Both the position numbers and the translations under genes were made by a program. From assembly GCA_012295275.1 (NCBI GenBank), contig CM022673.1, positions 21,266,001-21,330,000 on the forward strand: DNA of 64,000 nucleotides, given 5' to 3'. The notes under the pieces are model-generated. The model ran no database searches. It was given only the letters and a program-made list of their open reading frames with translations, and was not told where the DNA came from. Source of the stretch: Chrysomallon squamiferum (lineage: Eukaryota > Animalia > Mollusca). Position 1 is the stretch's first letter; every line of letters starts with the position of its first letter. Of this stretch, positions 47,641 to 60,674 are shown piece after piece.

Positions 47641-48529
47641 ATTCGTAATAGTATGCAAGATCAGTGAAGTTTAGTTAAACATCCAATTTAAAAGAAAATA
47701 GAAATAACTTACTTCTTTCATTTTTTTTTTTACCTTCTTTCTTTTTGTAGAGTAAGAGCTAAATATTTTACTTGCATTTTACAGTATTTCTGGTTTTTCA
47801 TTAAAGAATTTTGAACCTATGCCAGCACTATACAGCCAGAGAAAATGCACATTCCACAATATAACCCAGTTACTGAACAAAACCAAATAGTAATACCCTA
47901 ATAAACAAACCAATCAAATTATTGTTTACAGCGTGGCTATGACGACTTAGTCTTCTAGATATTTTATCAAACATGGAATGACTTAATTATAAGAATTAAT
48001 TAAATGTAAAAATAAACGTTTAAAAAAACAGCAAAAACAAAACAAACAACAACTCCAAAACGAGATTGTGTTACAATACGTTTTCAGTAAAAAAATAACG
48101 TGATTTATAGGTAGAACTGTTAATGCAAGTTAATCCTTTGCTAACATAAGCATAGGAGAAGTTACTCTTGTATAAAGTATCAGTATTCATACTCAGTGTG
48201 CATGTTGCTCTGTGTTAATCTATATTAATTTCATTCTTTTATGTGTTTAAAAAGAACCGAGTCAACCGTTACAAATTATTATAGTAAATCGATTATTTCT
48301 TCATTAATCGTTGTGTGGTGTTACAGTTAATAATAAATAATTGAACGATTTTTTTTTTCTTTCTTTCATTAGGTGTCTTTTGTTTTGTTTTGGATTTTTG
48401 TTTTGTTAGTGTGTTGTTGTTTTTCTTTTTTTTTTTTTTTTTTTTCTTTTTTTAAGGGTTGCTTGGTTGTTTCTTACTCTTTAACATTTCTAATTACTTT
48501 TATTTTTGTTTCAATAATTAATAAATTAA

Positions 48530-48665
48530 TAAAAAGTAAAAAAGTTAAATTAAAATTAAATAAATTAAAATTAAATAAAATAACATTAAATTAAAATTAA
48601 ATAAAGTTAAATAAAATTAAATTAAAATAAAGTAAAATAAAGTAAAGTAAAGTAAAATATAATAC
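48530..48665. repeat. Degenerate (TAAAA/TAAAG/TTAAA)n pentamer repeat
   Basis: Directly visible. Confidence 0.8.
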
Positions 48666-48726
48666 AAAAATAAACTAACTTTTAGAAATACTTTATTTTA
48701 CTTTGTCTTATTAATTTATCTATTTA

Positions 48727-48865
48727 TAGTTCAGTGGTTAGTATACTCGTATGTGACTCGTATTTCTCAGTGATACCCTTAAATATATCACATTCCAGCT
48801 AGTGCCCCTCCATCAGTATTCATGATAAAAGCTTTATTTACACAATAAAATATGTTGGTGCTTGT
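48727..48865 (+). mobile_element. Highly decayed tRNA-derived SINE-like remnant
   Basis: A-box-like head TAGTTCAGTGGTTAGTAT, internal TTCCAGCTAGTGC and tail AATAAAATATGTTGGTGC. No B-box or cloverleaf. Confidence 0.3.
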
Positions 48866-49873
48866 TTTACTCTTATATCAAACTAAAGTCAGTATAATGA
48901 ATAAATAAATTATAACAATAATAATGTATTGCCTAATTCAGTTTCAACTCGGATTAATGACTTTTTAAGAATTCAACAAATAAACAAAAAATAGAAAAAT
49001 AAAAATGAATAGAGAGAGAGATCGGCTATTACTAAATCGTAAGTTAGTGCCTTAACAAAAATTACTCAGTAAGAACCGTAAGTTCCGTAGGGTGTTGTTC
49101 GATCGTTTTGAAATTGTCAGTACAAACGGCTGATAGAACAGTGAGCTACCCACTGTACGATATGACATGTTAATAGGTTTTAAATGTAATAAAATAAAGT
49201 AATAAATAAAAACAAAACTTGCCCTCAGATCACTTTTTGGAGAAGGTAAAAGTGTTCTACCAGCAGTTTATGCTGACAAATTCAGAAAACTTCAAACGAT
49301 GAAATACGCGATAGAACTGACTGGGCAGACCAAACAATTAGTTTTAGTACAGAAACATACATCTTTGTGTTAAATATGTATAGAGAAATTCATGTCTAAA
49401 AAGATTTAAAAAAAAATAATAATAAAATTAAAAATTATAAAAACAAAAAATACAAAATATTCGTTCCTTTTCTTCTTCCTTTATTCCTTAATGTTTTTCG
49501 TATATCTAAAACATATATATATATACGTATATATTTTAATTTAATTAATAAAATTAAGAACACATACATATATCTTACTAGATTATTGATAGAACTTCTT
49601 TTAACAGCTTTGCGTTGAAAAATAGAAATACTTGTAATTAACATCTTAATTCATTGTTTTATATCAGCTACGTTAAGATATTAAGGATCGAGTCTCAGCA
49701 GTGGTTTTCTTTCGGAGCTTAATGTTAAATCTTGATAGAGAAGAATGAGATAAACTTTCGATTACTTTGAAAAACTGTTTGTCATTAACACTCGCTGCAT
49801 GAATTTCACATTAGACGGGGACCGAAAAAAAAAATAATAAAAAAAAATAATAATAATAAAGAGCCCTGTAGTG

Positions 49874-49956
<83 letters not shown>

Positions 49957-49996
49957 TGTAGTAATAACAATAGTTGAAGTACTAGTAGTAGTAGTA
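49874..49996. repeat. Compound (AAT)n(AGT)n microsatellite
   Basis: Directly visible. Confidence 0.95.
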
Positions 49997-50186
49997 AAAT
50001 GTTCATATATAAATTAAGATAACTGACATATGAATACTTTTGTAATGCAAATAATCAGATATTAAGTTTATGTCAATAGCGTTTTTGCGGTAACTACATT
50101 AGACAGAAAGCGTTGTTAAACATTACAAGAAATGAACTCACACCAAACGAACCATTCACCTTATCTTTCCACACTTGAAATTAACA

Positions 50187-50270
50187 GAATAAATCTTTCG
50201 CCTTTTAGTAAAGATTTCCGTGTAGATGGACAATCCAGTGAAATTAAAACGTTGTTGCCATGTTGGCTAG
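50187..50270 (+). pseudogene. U5: Degenerate U5 snRNA copy (loop I region)
   Basis: GAATAAATCTTTCGCCTTTTAGTAAAGATTTCCGTGTAGATGGAC matches the metazoan U5 core AUAAAUCUUUCGCCUUUUACUAAAGAUUUCCGUGGAGAGGAAC with 4 substitutions. The canonical 5' AUACUCUGGUUUCUCUUCA is absent and the Sm site is degraded (AACGTTGTTG). Confidence 0.8.
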
Positions 50271-51043
50271 GTGATCTCGGTTTATAAAAGATAACACAAA
50301 TCCTCTTCTCCGATATTCAATACCCCAGTTGTCCAAAGCAAACAAAAACAAATCACTTTACTCTCAGTCGCTCACCCGGGATATTAATGTAAATACCGTA
50401 GAAACGCGTGGCGTACATTCCGCTGTTTAACAACAATGATATAGTTGGAAAAGCATTCAAGTGGTGAATGTGTCTTTAAAAAACTATAACAACTGTTTCC
50501 AAGTTGTGTCTAACAGTCCAGACAATAAATAGTTTTTATTTGTTAAGACATTTCTTATATACGGAACATTTTGAACGCTTTGAACTTTATCAATGAGGCA
50601 CACTTTTATTATTTATTCAAGTTCCTTTTATTATGACTGTGTATACCGAAACACAAAGGTACTATTGTTATCGAGAAATAAAGGGTGACAAAAAAAAAGA
50701 AACACACAAAACTTCTGGTGGGGTAAAAATAATATTATTACTATCCAGTCCATGCATAATTTATTTTCAAACCAAGATCTTTAACCAAATTATTACAGGA
50801 CCAAGTAAAAAGCAAATGAATTTTATATTTATTTATTATTTATTTTATATATATATATATATATATATTTAAAAATGAGTGACAAAAGCGAAAATGTAAA
50901 AAGGTAATGCACTTTTATTAAATACAAAGCACTATACGAGTAACTTGAATTTTGTTAATTTATATCTGACAGCTTGAACTAAATTATAGGTTGTCCTAAT
51001 AGCAATCATAGTGCTCTTTTTTTTTTACTTACAGCGATTTTAT

Positions 51044-51046
<3 letters not shown>

Positions 51047-51093
<47 letters not shown>

Positions 51094-51105
51094 TAATAAA
51101 TAAAT
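51047..51105. repeat. (AAT)n microsatellite
   Basis: Directly visible. Confidence 0.95.
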
Positions 51106-52192
51106 AAAAAATAACTTTCACAATATGTAATTGAAAGAATGTTATCTTTCAGTGTCAGCCATTATTTGCAAGTTTTATTTTAAGAAAAGCCCAATACTAA
51201 TTACGTAAGAATTTTATAGACACAAACATTTATTTTGTAATATTTAAACAATGACAATAATTACACACATTATCAAGCACCATTATAACAAGTTTGATAT
51301 ATTTGTTTCAAATACTTATTTCAAACTTTGAAATCAGGTTTGAAAAACTGAAGTTACTGTTATAAGAACAATTTTGTTACAATGATAAAACGTTAAAAAA
51401 AACATGTAAATATTAATAATTTACATTCTGAATAAATTTCATATAATTCCTTGGCTGGCTACATCATCAAAATGTAACAAATCCTTTTCTAGAAATGTGT
51501 TGGCTGTGATCAGAACTGTTTCCACTCAATAATTTTTGTGACATAAATCAAATACAATAGGCACAATTTGGTAAAAAAATTATTTGTATTTACTCTAAAA
51601 GCATTCTGAATAAATTAAAAAAATGCCCTTTTCAAGACAAATAAAGGGGAGACAATTTCTTAAAAACAGTGAGTGAAATATTTGTGGGCTACCGATTACT
51701 CATCACTCCTACATGGGCACCACCTTGTTTGCACCTTTTTACACTTTTCAACATTCACTCTGCACTTTTTCATACCAATATATGGTACATCTTGAAAATT
51801 AATCCTATACTATTGTTTCTTATCTGTTACAATATTAGTATATAAAATATTCTTTGCTGCTGACCAGGTACAGTGGAATGTTGTCTCACTGTTATTATAG
51901 AACTACACAGATGACAGTTATTAACTTTTAATATGAAAATGTTTTACGGTATTCATTCAATATTGTATTCCCAGAAACTGACACAAACACTGGACTAAAC
52001 AAAGATATTAAAGGTACTTTTTTTTTTTTATCAAACTTTTAGACAAAGAGATTGTAAATTATAAAGCAATGAATTTTATTTTTTTCATGATTGTTTATAC
52101 ATTTGAAATGTGAATGGTTTCATCTGTTTGCTTCCCTTGTGTTGAAAATCAGAAGAACAATTCTTGTTTATTTGTCTGTAAACGTTTGAAAA

Positions 52193-55100
52193 TCAGAAAA
52201 ACAATCCTCGCATTCTTCTTCCCATTCCTTGTCTGTCATACAGCACGTTGAACTTATTGACAAACTGAAACAAACAATACCTACAAGTCAGTCAGGAAAG
52301 GGGAAAGGAAAGAGAGAGACAGACAGATGCAACTAATCATGTACTCTTTATAATCTGTAATTCAAAGGATTTGAAATATTTATTTTTGGCACGTTACATT
52401 ATGTTCAATTAAACTGAAAATGTGTTTACCTGATTCATTGTGTTTGAGCCTTTTGTCATAGCTCCTAAATAGGCCATAAGAGAAATGTCGTTGCATTGCT
52501 ATAAAAGAAAACATTTATTCAAACTTAAAATGCAGTTTCTGCATATTCATTATCTCAGTAACTGAATACATTATGTCATAAATAACTGTTAACAATTTAC
52601 TTATGAGGAAATATTTCTACAGCTAGTTTCTTAACAATTGAAGAGAATCAGGATTCCATTGTTCTTTTGATTTTCTAAAAAAGTTTCTGATAACAGACAC
52701 CCTTCTGTTTCTCAAACTGAAAACTTATATCATAGGAAACTGAAGAGATATTATTCAACTGAAAAAGTACAAGATGGAAAAGCAGTCAAATGGAATAAAG
52801 CATGTTTTTATAATTGCTGATTTCTGTTAATCTCTACTTTTATTACTTTTCTATATAAAAGTATTGATTTCAAACTCACATTATAGAAATCTTCTTTAAA
52901 TCTTGCTGTGTCTAGGACTGGAAGTCTGTAACACATGCTGTATGCTTCTCGTAACACATCATGATTCTTTTTCAACTCACCTGAATAAAGACAGACACAC
53001 AAAATATTAACTAATTTCTATTTTATTTTAAACCTAATACTGTATTCTGAAGGTAAAAAGCTTTGCAGATGTTTGTATTTGCAATGTAATAATGAACCAG
53101 GGTTTTTTTGAATATTTTTTAATATGCCATTGTTGCCATCATAAATATGTCACTGGTATACTAACCTGCCTGAACAGCTTTGATGTACTGCAGAACAAGC
53201 TGAACTCGGCTGTGCAGCATTTTTATAGAACTGTGTTGAGATATGAGGTGTTCTGAAATGACATTTACAACACAGCATAAAATTAGAGTGAATGTTGGTT
53301 ATAACAGTATAAAATGTTGAGCTCTAACAGGCATATTTAGCTATCCTGAAAACTATTCTTGAGATTAATGGTAACAAAATTTGAACAGAAAGAATATGTT
53401 TTTCAGTGCTTTTATTACGAAACATACAAACAAAATTGCTGAAAATATCAATATTAGCCTAATAAAATAAAAATAAAAATAGAATGTTATAAAATAATCA
53501 TGCAATGGGTACATTTTACCTGAATACTTAAAAATGACTCAAATTAAATGAAAAGGAAAAGGTAATCTCTTTTATAAAATACTGATTTTTAGTCCAAATT
53601 GTCACATATAAGAATTTTTATTTATTAATTATTTTTTTAAATCCACAACTGTTTTGAAAAAATAAAGCTGAAACTGAAAATATACATATACTTGTTTAGC
53701 ACTCACCTGCTGAGCTTTCTCCACTTTCTGATGAGGACATTCTGGCTACGTGATCAACTCCTATTCTCTCTGCCTCCTCTGTAGCCAGTGTGTATGACAG
53801 TTCAACAAACAGCATCGTAGCCTTAAAACAAAATATACAAAGAAGTAAATAAATAAAGCAGTCAGTGTGCAGTATGAATGAATAAACAATTTAATTATGA
53901 TGCCAAATGACTGTTAGTTTCTGCTACTGTTTTTGCTAATATTAAAGAATTATAAAAATAAAAATAAAAATAAAAATAAAAATAAAAATAAAAATAAAAA
54001 TAAAAATAAAAATGAAAATGAAAATGAAAATGAAAATGAAAATGAAAATAAACAAAAAAAAAAAGAAATAAAAAAGACCCAATCAAAAACAATTAAAAAT
54101 GTATGTATTTACTTATAGACAGATAGATAGATATACATATACACATATTGATATAACATAGAGAGAGACAGACAGATGATGCAAGATGATCCACTTCTTG
54201 TGATATATTAAAACTATAGTAAGATTCTGCAATGATTTACAAACTACATCATGTTAATATCATATGTTGTCAGTGCCAGAAACAAATATTAAAAATGTCA
54301 GGTTAGAACCTGCTTTAACTGAAGAAAGCTTTCTGCTGAAACAAATTACAACTTACCTGTCCATTCACCAGATCTATCACAGATTCATATATAGCAACAG
54401 GTAACTGAAAATAAATTAGAATAACATATAATTATCAAGAATTACTAAATACATAATTAATAACATTTTTTTACCCATGATTTATAAATCACAGATGTGA
54501 GAAACACAAAAGTACACAATGATTATTTCACACACATACACACACACACACACACAAATAAAATTAACAAATACATGCTTATATATATTAATGAATTTTA
54601 AGTACTCTTTAAAATAAACCCCATTTGTAACAATTACAAATACTCACATCTGAATGTCGTGAAATTGGATTTAACTTGAGAAATATTGGACTTTCATTTA
54701 TTTGGCAAATCTGAAAATGTCAAAGATAATTAAATTTTTATTTTAGGATTTTCATTAAAATAGTTAAATCTATGATGTCAACTGTAAGATGAATACGTAT
54801 ATGATATCTCTATTTGTGTAATTAGGTATAACTTATTCTGAAAAACTGAATGTTTGGTAAAATAAAGTAAAAGCATTATTTCAGTTAAATACTTGTAAAT
54901 ATACAAAGCAGTGGAAAAAAATGTCTATCACACATAGCAAATATAGCCATCTAAAGTTATGATAACTGTTTTTTTTGTTGTTGTAATTATATCATGTAGC
55001 ATACTAACTTCAAAACAAATTATTTTCTAAAGAATCTCAGTTCATGGTATCTTAAAAGTTATTTACTTGCGACATTCCTAAATAAAAAGTGAACTGATAT

Positions 55101-56421
55101 TTACTTGCTGATGAACTTTGATATCTGACTCATCAGGAACATCGCCTGTAGTATACCAACCCAGAAAATCCATATCACTGAACACTTGTTTGACTAGAGA
55201 TAAAAAAAACAATAGTTTTCACAATATTAGTAACATTATTTCAATTTCTGGAATTTCACTGGCAACAAATAAATCAGAAAACATCTTATGAAGTAAAATA
55301 ACACAATAACTGTTTCCTGCATTACAGATTTAATTTAAAAATTAAAATTAGTAACAGAAAAATAATTGATTAAACAAAATATAAAATTAATTATGAACGG
55401 TAAGCTCTTTTTCTTCATATTAAAAAATATTGCTTACATTGTTCTTCTTTTGTATTGTAATATTCCATGTTGATAATGATGTTCTCATCTATTTTTTCAA
55501 ATAGAAGTTCAAAGGAGTTCATTACTTCAATGTTTCGACCTTTCTGCTTTCCAATCAAAGCACCTACAACTGAAATAAAATTAAAAATAGAAAACAAATA
55601 GAACATCAAAAGAAACAATTATAATGTGCCTATTTTTAATTTGTGAACAAAACTGTTTATTTCTAATACCAAAAAAAAAGAATACAAAATATAAAGTACT
55701 ATATTTTTTAATATTAAGTAATTTGTTTAACAAATTATATGTTTTAATTTTGAGTTTTCTTTTTCTTCTAGATTGAAATGAAAACATATTGACATAACTG
55801 TGTCAGTTTCACAGATGTATCAAGTTATATTTTTAAAATAATACTTTTTTTAAAATATACATCAATTGTCTGAACAGATGTATTTGTTTTGGCAGAATAT
55901 TAATCCAAAAAATAAAATATATCCATGTCTTTTCTGTTCCTCTCCCCAAAATATAGTAGAAAACCTTTCTGCAAACAATTGAGTAAGCTGGTATCAGACA
56001 AACTCATATCATATAACTAGTGATATGAGACATCTAATACCACTATATTTATATAAATATATATATCCCACACAAACTGATTTGATCTAATACTTATTTA
56101 GTGAAATGATGTAATTCTGGGAATCACAGTGACTGTATTCATCATGTACAGCAATTAAAATCTGTGTGTATCATGATTTACGTACTGATAGAGAAGTCAT
56201 TGTAGGTAGTAATCATCTAGACATTGTACTGTAGTCATATATATGAGGATTATGGAATACTGAGTAACTGCTATGATACACATTTATAAAATGACAATTG
56301 AAATTTAATCTGACTAAATATATTGCAATGGTAATATATTATGGTTGGTAACAGTTTAGCAGCAGTTAAAAATTCTAACATATGCTATATATGTATGTGT
56401 TTGTTTGTGTGTTCGTGTGTG

Positions 56422-56460
<39 letters not shown>

Positions 56461-57198
56461 CAGACAGACAGACAGACAGATAGATAGATAGATGCATACT
56501 TGACATAGAACATTACAATAGATGTAAATTCTGCAATATTTCTAAAATATATTTTCAGTCAGAAATGACTGGCACATCAGTGAGAGATGCTTTATTATGA
56601 GGTACCGCCTCAATCACTGGAGTGCTTTCAGTAACTGAGATGTGGTTTGAACAATGGATCCTCTGTTAACTTAGTTGGCTTGTGTTGATGCTGCTGGAAT
56701 TATTCTTCATCAAAATGCGATTCTATAACTAGGAGCATAATGATTTCTAAATAGCCATGGCCACAATCAAAAGAAACTATCAGGGAATGAACAAAAATGA
56801 GGAAAATTGTTTATTACTAATCCACTTACATATATATTATTAATTATATATTTTAAAACCATCAAATGTTGCATATTTAACAACATTTAACTGTTCTTCC
56901 ATTTATTTATTCTGAGTAGTACAAAATCTGAAAATGGATACAGTTCAGGGTTCACAAAACTGTAAGCAATACAAAGATGCCCTGTGAAAACAATCAAAGT
57001 TTTCTTATATATAATATATTATATATAAATAAATAAGATACCCTGCTGAGGTTGTCCTTGCTGTGCCTTCACTCGAGTCCAGTGTTCAGATATGTTCATT
57101 ATTACCAAAGGATGAAGTGCCACTGAAACACTTCCTGACGTTCCAGCTGATGCCATAACAGTCCCTGCAGTACTGTCAATTTCCATTTCGTTTGACAT
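52193..57198 (-). CDS. COPS6: COP9 signalosome subunit 6 (MPN- domain), ~310 aa, 10 coding exons
   Basis: Exons 57198-57042, 55569-55438, 55193-55105, 54710-54648, 54404-54357, 53821-53707, 53252-53166, 52980-52880, 52498-52430, 52264-52193. Motifs [64 protein letters not shown] and [23 protein letters not shown]. Confidence 0.95.
53953..54050. repeat. (AAAAAT)n(GAAAAT)n hexamer repeat in a COPS6 intron
   Basis: Directly visible. Confidence 0.9.
56428..56493. repeat. (TA)n(CAGA)n(TAGA)n compound microsatellite
   Basis: Directly visible. Confidence 0.9.
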
Positions 57199-58291
57199 TT
57201 TGAACGATATGAAAGTAATATCACCTAACACCTAATAATTTTGAGTATCCACCTAATATTTAATGTGTTCCGCATTTTATATATAGGAGCGAAACAGTCA
57301 AGTAATAGTTAATAAGGGAAATAACTCAGTATTTTTTATTTAAATTCGGAGATCTAAAACAAACATTTGAAAACATTATTTTCTAGAGATCATAATTTTG
57401 AAATATGTGAAAATATTGATTTAAAAAATAAAAATGAACTTATTATAGCAAAAAGTTGGGTTGTTTTGGTTTTCTCTATTGTCCCTTCCTCAAACGCAAC
57501 AAAAATTATAATATAATTATAAGATATGATTGATTGTTTTGTTAATATTTCATATACAGTTAAAGTTTTAAAAGTGATATCAAAAATTATAATTACTATT
57601 TAAGATATGGATTGGGAAAATTCATTTGACACACATGGCTAGCCTCTATATAATTATTTATAACTACTCTATTTTTAACAGCATCGATAACCAATCGGAT
57701 GTCGTTCTAATTTTATCTTTACATATTCTGTTATAAAGGACTTCGTATGACAAGTCCTGCTCAGTCTAAATCATTTTCATTAAACCAAACCAAACGGCTT
57801 AATATTAGCTGATTTTAATAGAGTATATTATTTATTTATTTATTTATTTATGATTTTTATATTTATTATATTAATTTATTTTTTAATCAGTGTTCCAAGG
57901 AATTAATCGTTCTAACGTATTTTGTTATGACTAATAGGAAAGTAATTTTATTTATAACATTAAATAATAAACAATTTTAGAAATTTTTAATGAAATTAAC
58001 TATAATAATTTTTATTTACTTATTTATTTATTTTGTCTTTCTTCTTTTTTAGTAGGTCAATATATAAACCGGAAATAATTGTCGTGTTTGGAGGTGAAGG
58101 TTAGTAAAGCGGAAGTAATAGTACTTGAGGTTGTTATGCACGAACTGACTAATGTTTAGGGTAAACTGTGAATCATTCATTTTTTCTTTACTCTCTCTTA
58201 CGTACTTTCGTTAAGATAATGTGACTGTTCATTGGAATATTAATATATGTGTATTATTTTGATGTGACGTTGATCGTAACTTGGTGAAACA
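57199..58291. promoter_or_regulatory. Head-to-head (probably bidirectional) promoter region of COPS6 and MRAS
   Basis: ATGs are ~1.1 kb apart. ETS/GABP-type CCGGAAAT (58069) and GCGGAAGT (58109), CCAAT (~57691), and CpG retention. Confidence 0.6.
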
Positions 58292-60642
58292 ATGTCCAAA
58301 CCGCACCCAAATGACAATCTGGCCACATATAAATTGGTGGTTGTTGGAGATGGTGGCGTGGGAAAATCAGCCTTGACAATACAGTTCTTCCAAAAATTAT
58401 TTGTTCAGGATTATGATCCCACGATAGAAGATTCTTACATCCAGCACACTGAGATCGATGGACAGTGGTGTATTTTGGATGGTAAGTGTGTCGCATTTCA
58501 GAATTTTGGCAGCTTTAATAAATTTGATACTTATGAATGTGAATCGAGTTACCTAAATCAGTAAATGATGTAAATCAGGTTACTTGCATTAAATGATTTC
58601 TAGGATATCCACTGATTCAGTTTGTTATACTAGCATACATTTGTATGATACACATATGCAATGAAACATAGAATATGGCATTACTTACGAAGCAATTAGT
58701 TACAAACTCTGGCATTCATCATCTGTTGTAATTTATCTGTAATGTATAATGTCAAAATAAATAAAAATTCATAAGACTGAATATTCTGGTTAAAATCCAT
58801 TGTCATTTCACAGTTAAATTACCATTAATGTTAAATTAATGGTACATTATACAGCTGAAGAACTATTCGTTTGTCATTTAATACTGTCAGTCCAAATATT
58901 TAAATGTTTTATGTCATAGTTTATAAATATCACATAGTAAACAATTTGAAGAATGACAATTTCACATTATCCTTCATGTTATGGACAGCCACTGCTAAGT
59001 ATTTCTAGTGTATTTTGCTGCTGGAACCAGAATACACAGGGTACCTTAACTTGAAAATATAAATAGTTATATTTTTATACAATCCTGTTTTATATTGATG
59101 TGCCATATTTAATATATGTTAACTGAATTTGAATAAAAGAAATATGTTCCAAGTATAATGTTTTATATTTTTATAATTGTACAGGGTATTTGTAAAATTA
59201 TTAAGATTTTGCATTTAATGTATATGTTTAGTCTTTAGATAACTAAATTGGTTGCTTTTTCATACGTTTCAGGCTTTTAACAATATTAATTTTAAAACCC
59301 CCAAAACACAATCATATAATTTGTAAGAAATGTAATAAAAAATATAAAAATGATGTGTTGTTCTTAACACACTTCATAGTTTATTACAATGTCCATTTAT
59401 ATCTTTAATATCACTTAATAAGATTAGAAAAAATGAGAGTTGTTATTTAATTACTGCAGTGTTTGTTTGTATGTATGTGTGTATATGTGCATGTTTGCTT
59501 CACACCAAATATTACAGCCCCTTAGAAGATCATAATATCAAGTAGATCAAATCCTAAAAAATGTATCTATTCCTTTTCAAAGTTTGAGGAACTATACAAT
59601 TTGTAACCAGAATATTCTTTAACCAGATATAGCTAGATATTACTATTATAACTTAACACAGACATTTTAAGTGTTTTATTGGTTGCAGTTAATATTGTGC
59701 ATTTATATATTTGAGATGTTTGAGAGCATAATTACTGTTATAAATTATTCATTTACATGTATTTCTTCATTATTTTCCATTTTCTCTGAATTACCTTTGA
59801 TTTATTTAAAATGATATATAGAAAATAACATAACATATTAATTGTCCCTATGATCTGAAAATAAGATATGCGATACTAATGATGGAAACTTAAATTTGAA
59901 AATATGTTTAAAAGAATAATTCACATTATCAGTCAAGCCTGCCCATGCACATACACATGTATACACACATCTGACATTATGTTGTGTGATCTTCATATCA
60001 GTGGAAAATCAGTTTTGTTACTGAAATGTGATACTGTGTAAGTGAAACTATTACAGTCATCCAAAGTTTTCTGCACTCTATATTATTATTGTGAACTGCA
60101 TGGAAACAGAGTAATTAAAGTGTTTATACTGTACAGAATGGTGACAGTAAGTAAACTGCTGACTGCATCGAATCTGTGTCAGCCTCATTTGGAGACAGAG
60201 CGACAATGTACGAAGGATAGAAAACACTTGAACTTCCTTACACTGAAAAGGAAATAAACCCTAGAACGTTGTGGCATCTACTACTTGATTTTTTGAACAT
60301 TTCATTTGTTTGGTGAAAGCCACCGTTTATCTGCACTTAGCTGTAATTATCACACAGAAAAGTTGCATTTCCTTTCCTTTTAGATTTATTAATTTTAAAT
60401 GAACAAAACAAAAAAGGAATTGTGCAAAAATAAACAAAATAAAATTTAGAGGAAAAATTAAGATGATGACAAAAGCACAAGTTTTCTTTCTGCATGAATA
60501 ATGTTATTGGTATTATTTACTGTTATAACTATTACATTTAAAAGTATTATAAATAAAAAAGCTTATCAGTTCTGGTGATAAAGAATTTGTAAAGGCAGGC
60601 ATTTAGTTGTGTATGTGTGGGTGGGTATATAATATATATATG

Positions 60643-60674
<32 letters not shown>

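Noticed and set aside
47239-47674. ORFs of 109-139 aa with CVCVYI/THTH repeats (also 1525-1743, 28576-28848, 49806-50006, 53895-54118)
   Set aside because: These are translations of microsatellites.
48727-48800. Functional tRNA gene
   Set aside because: Only an A-box-like 5' part; no T-loop/B-box or acceptor stem.
57030-57041. COPS6 intron 1 donor GTATCTT as a possible U12-type intron
   Set aside because: It deviates from RTATCCTT, and the 3' end has a polypyrimidine tract with no TCCTTAAC branch point.
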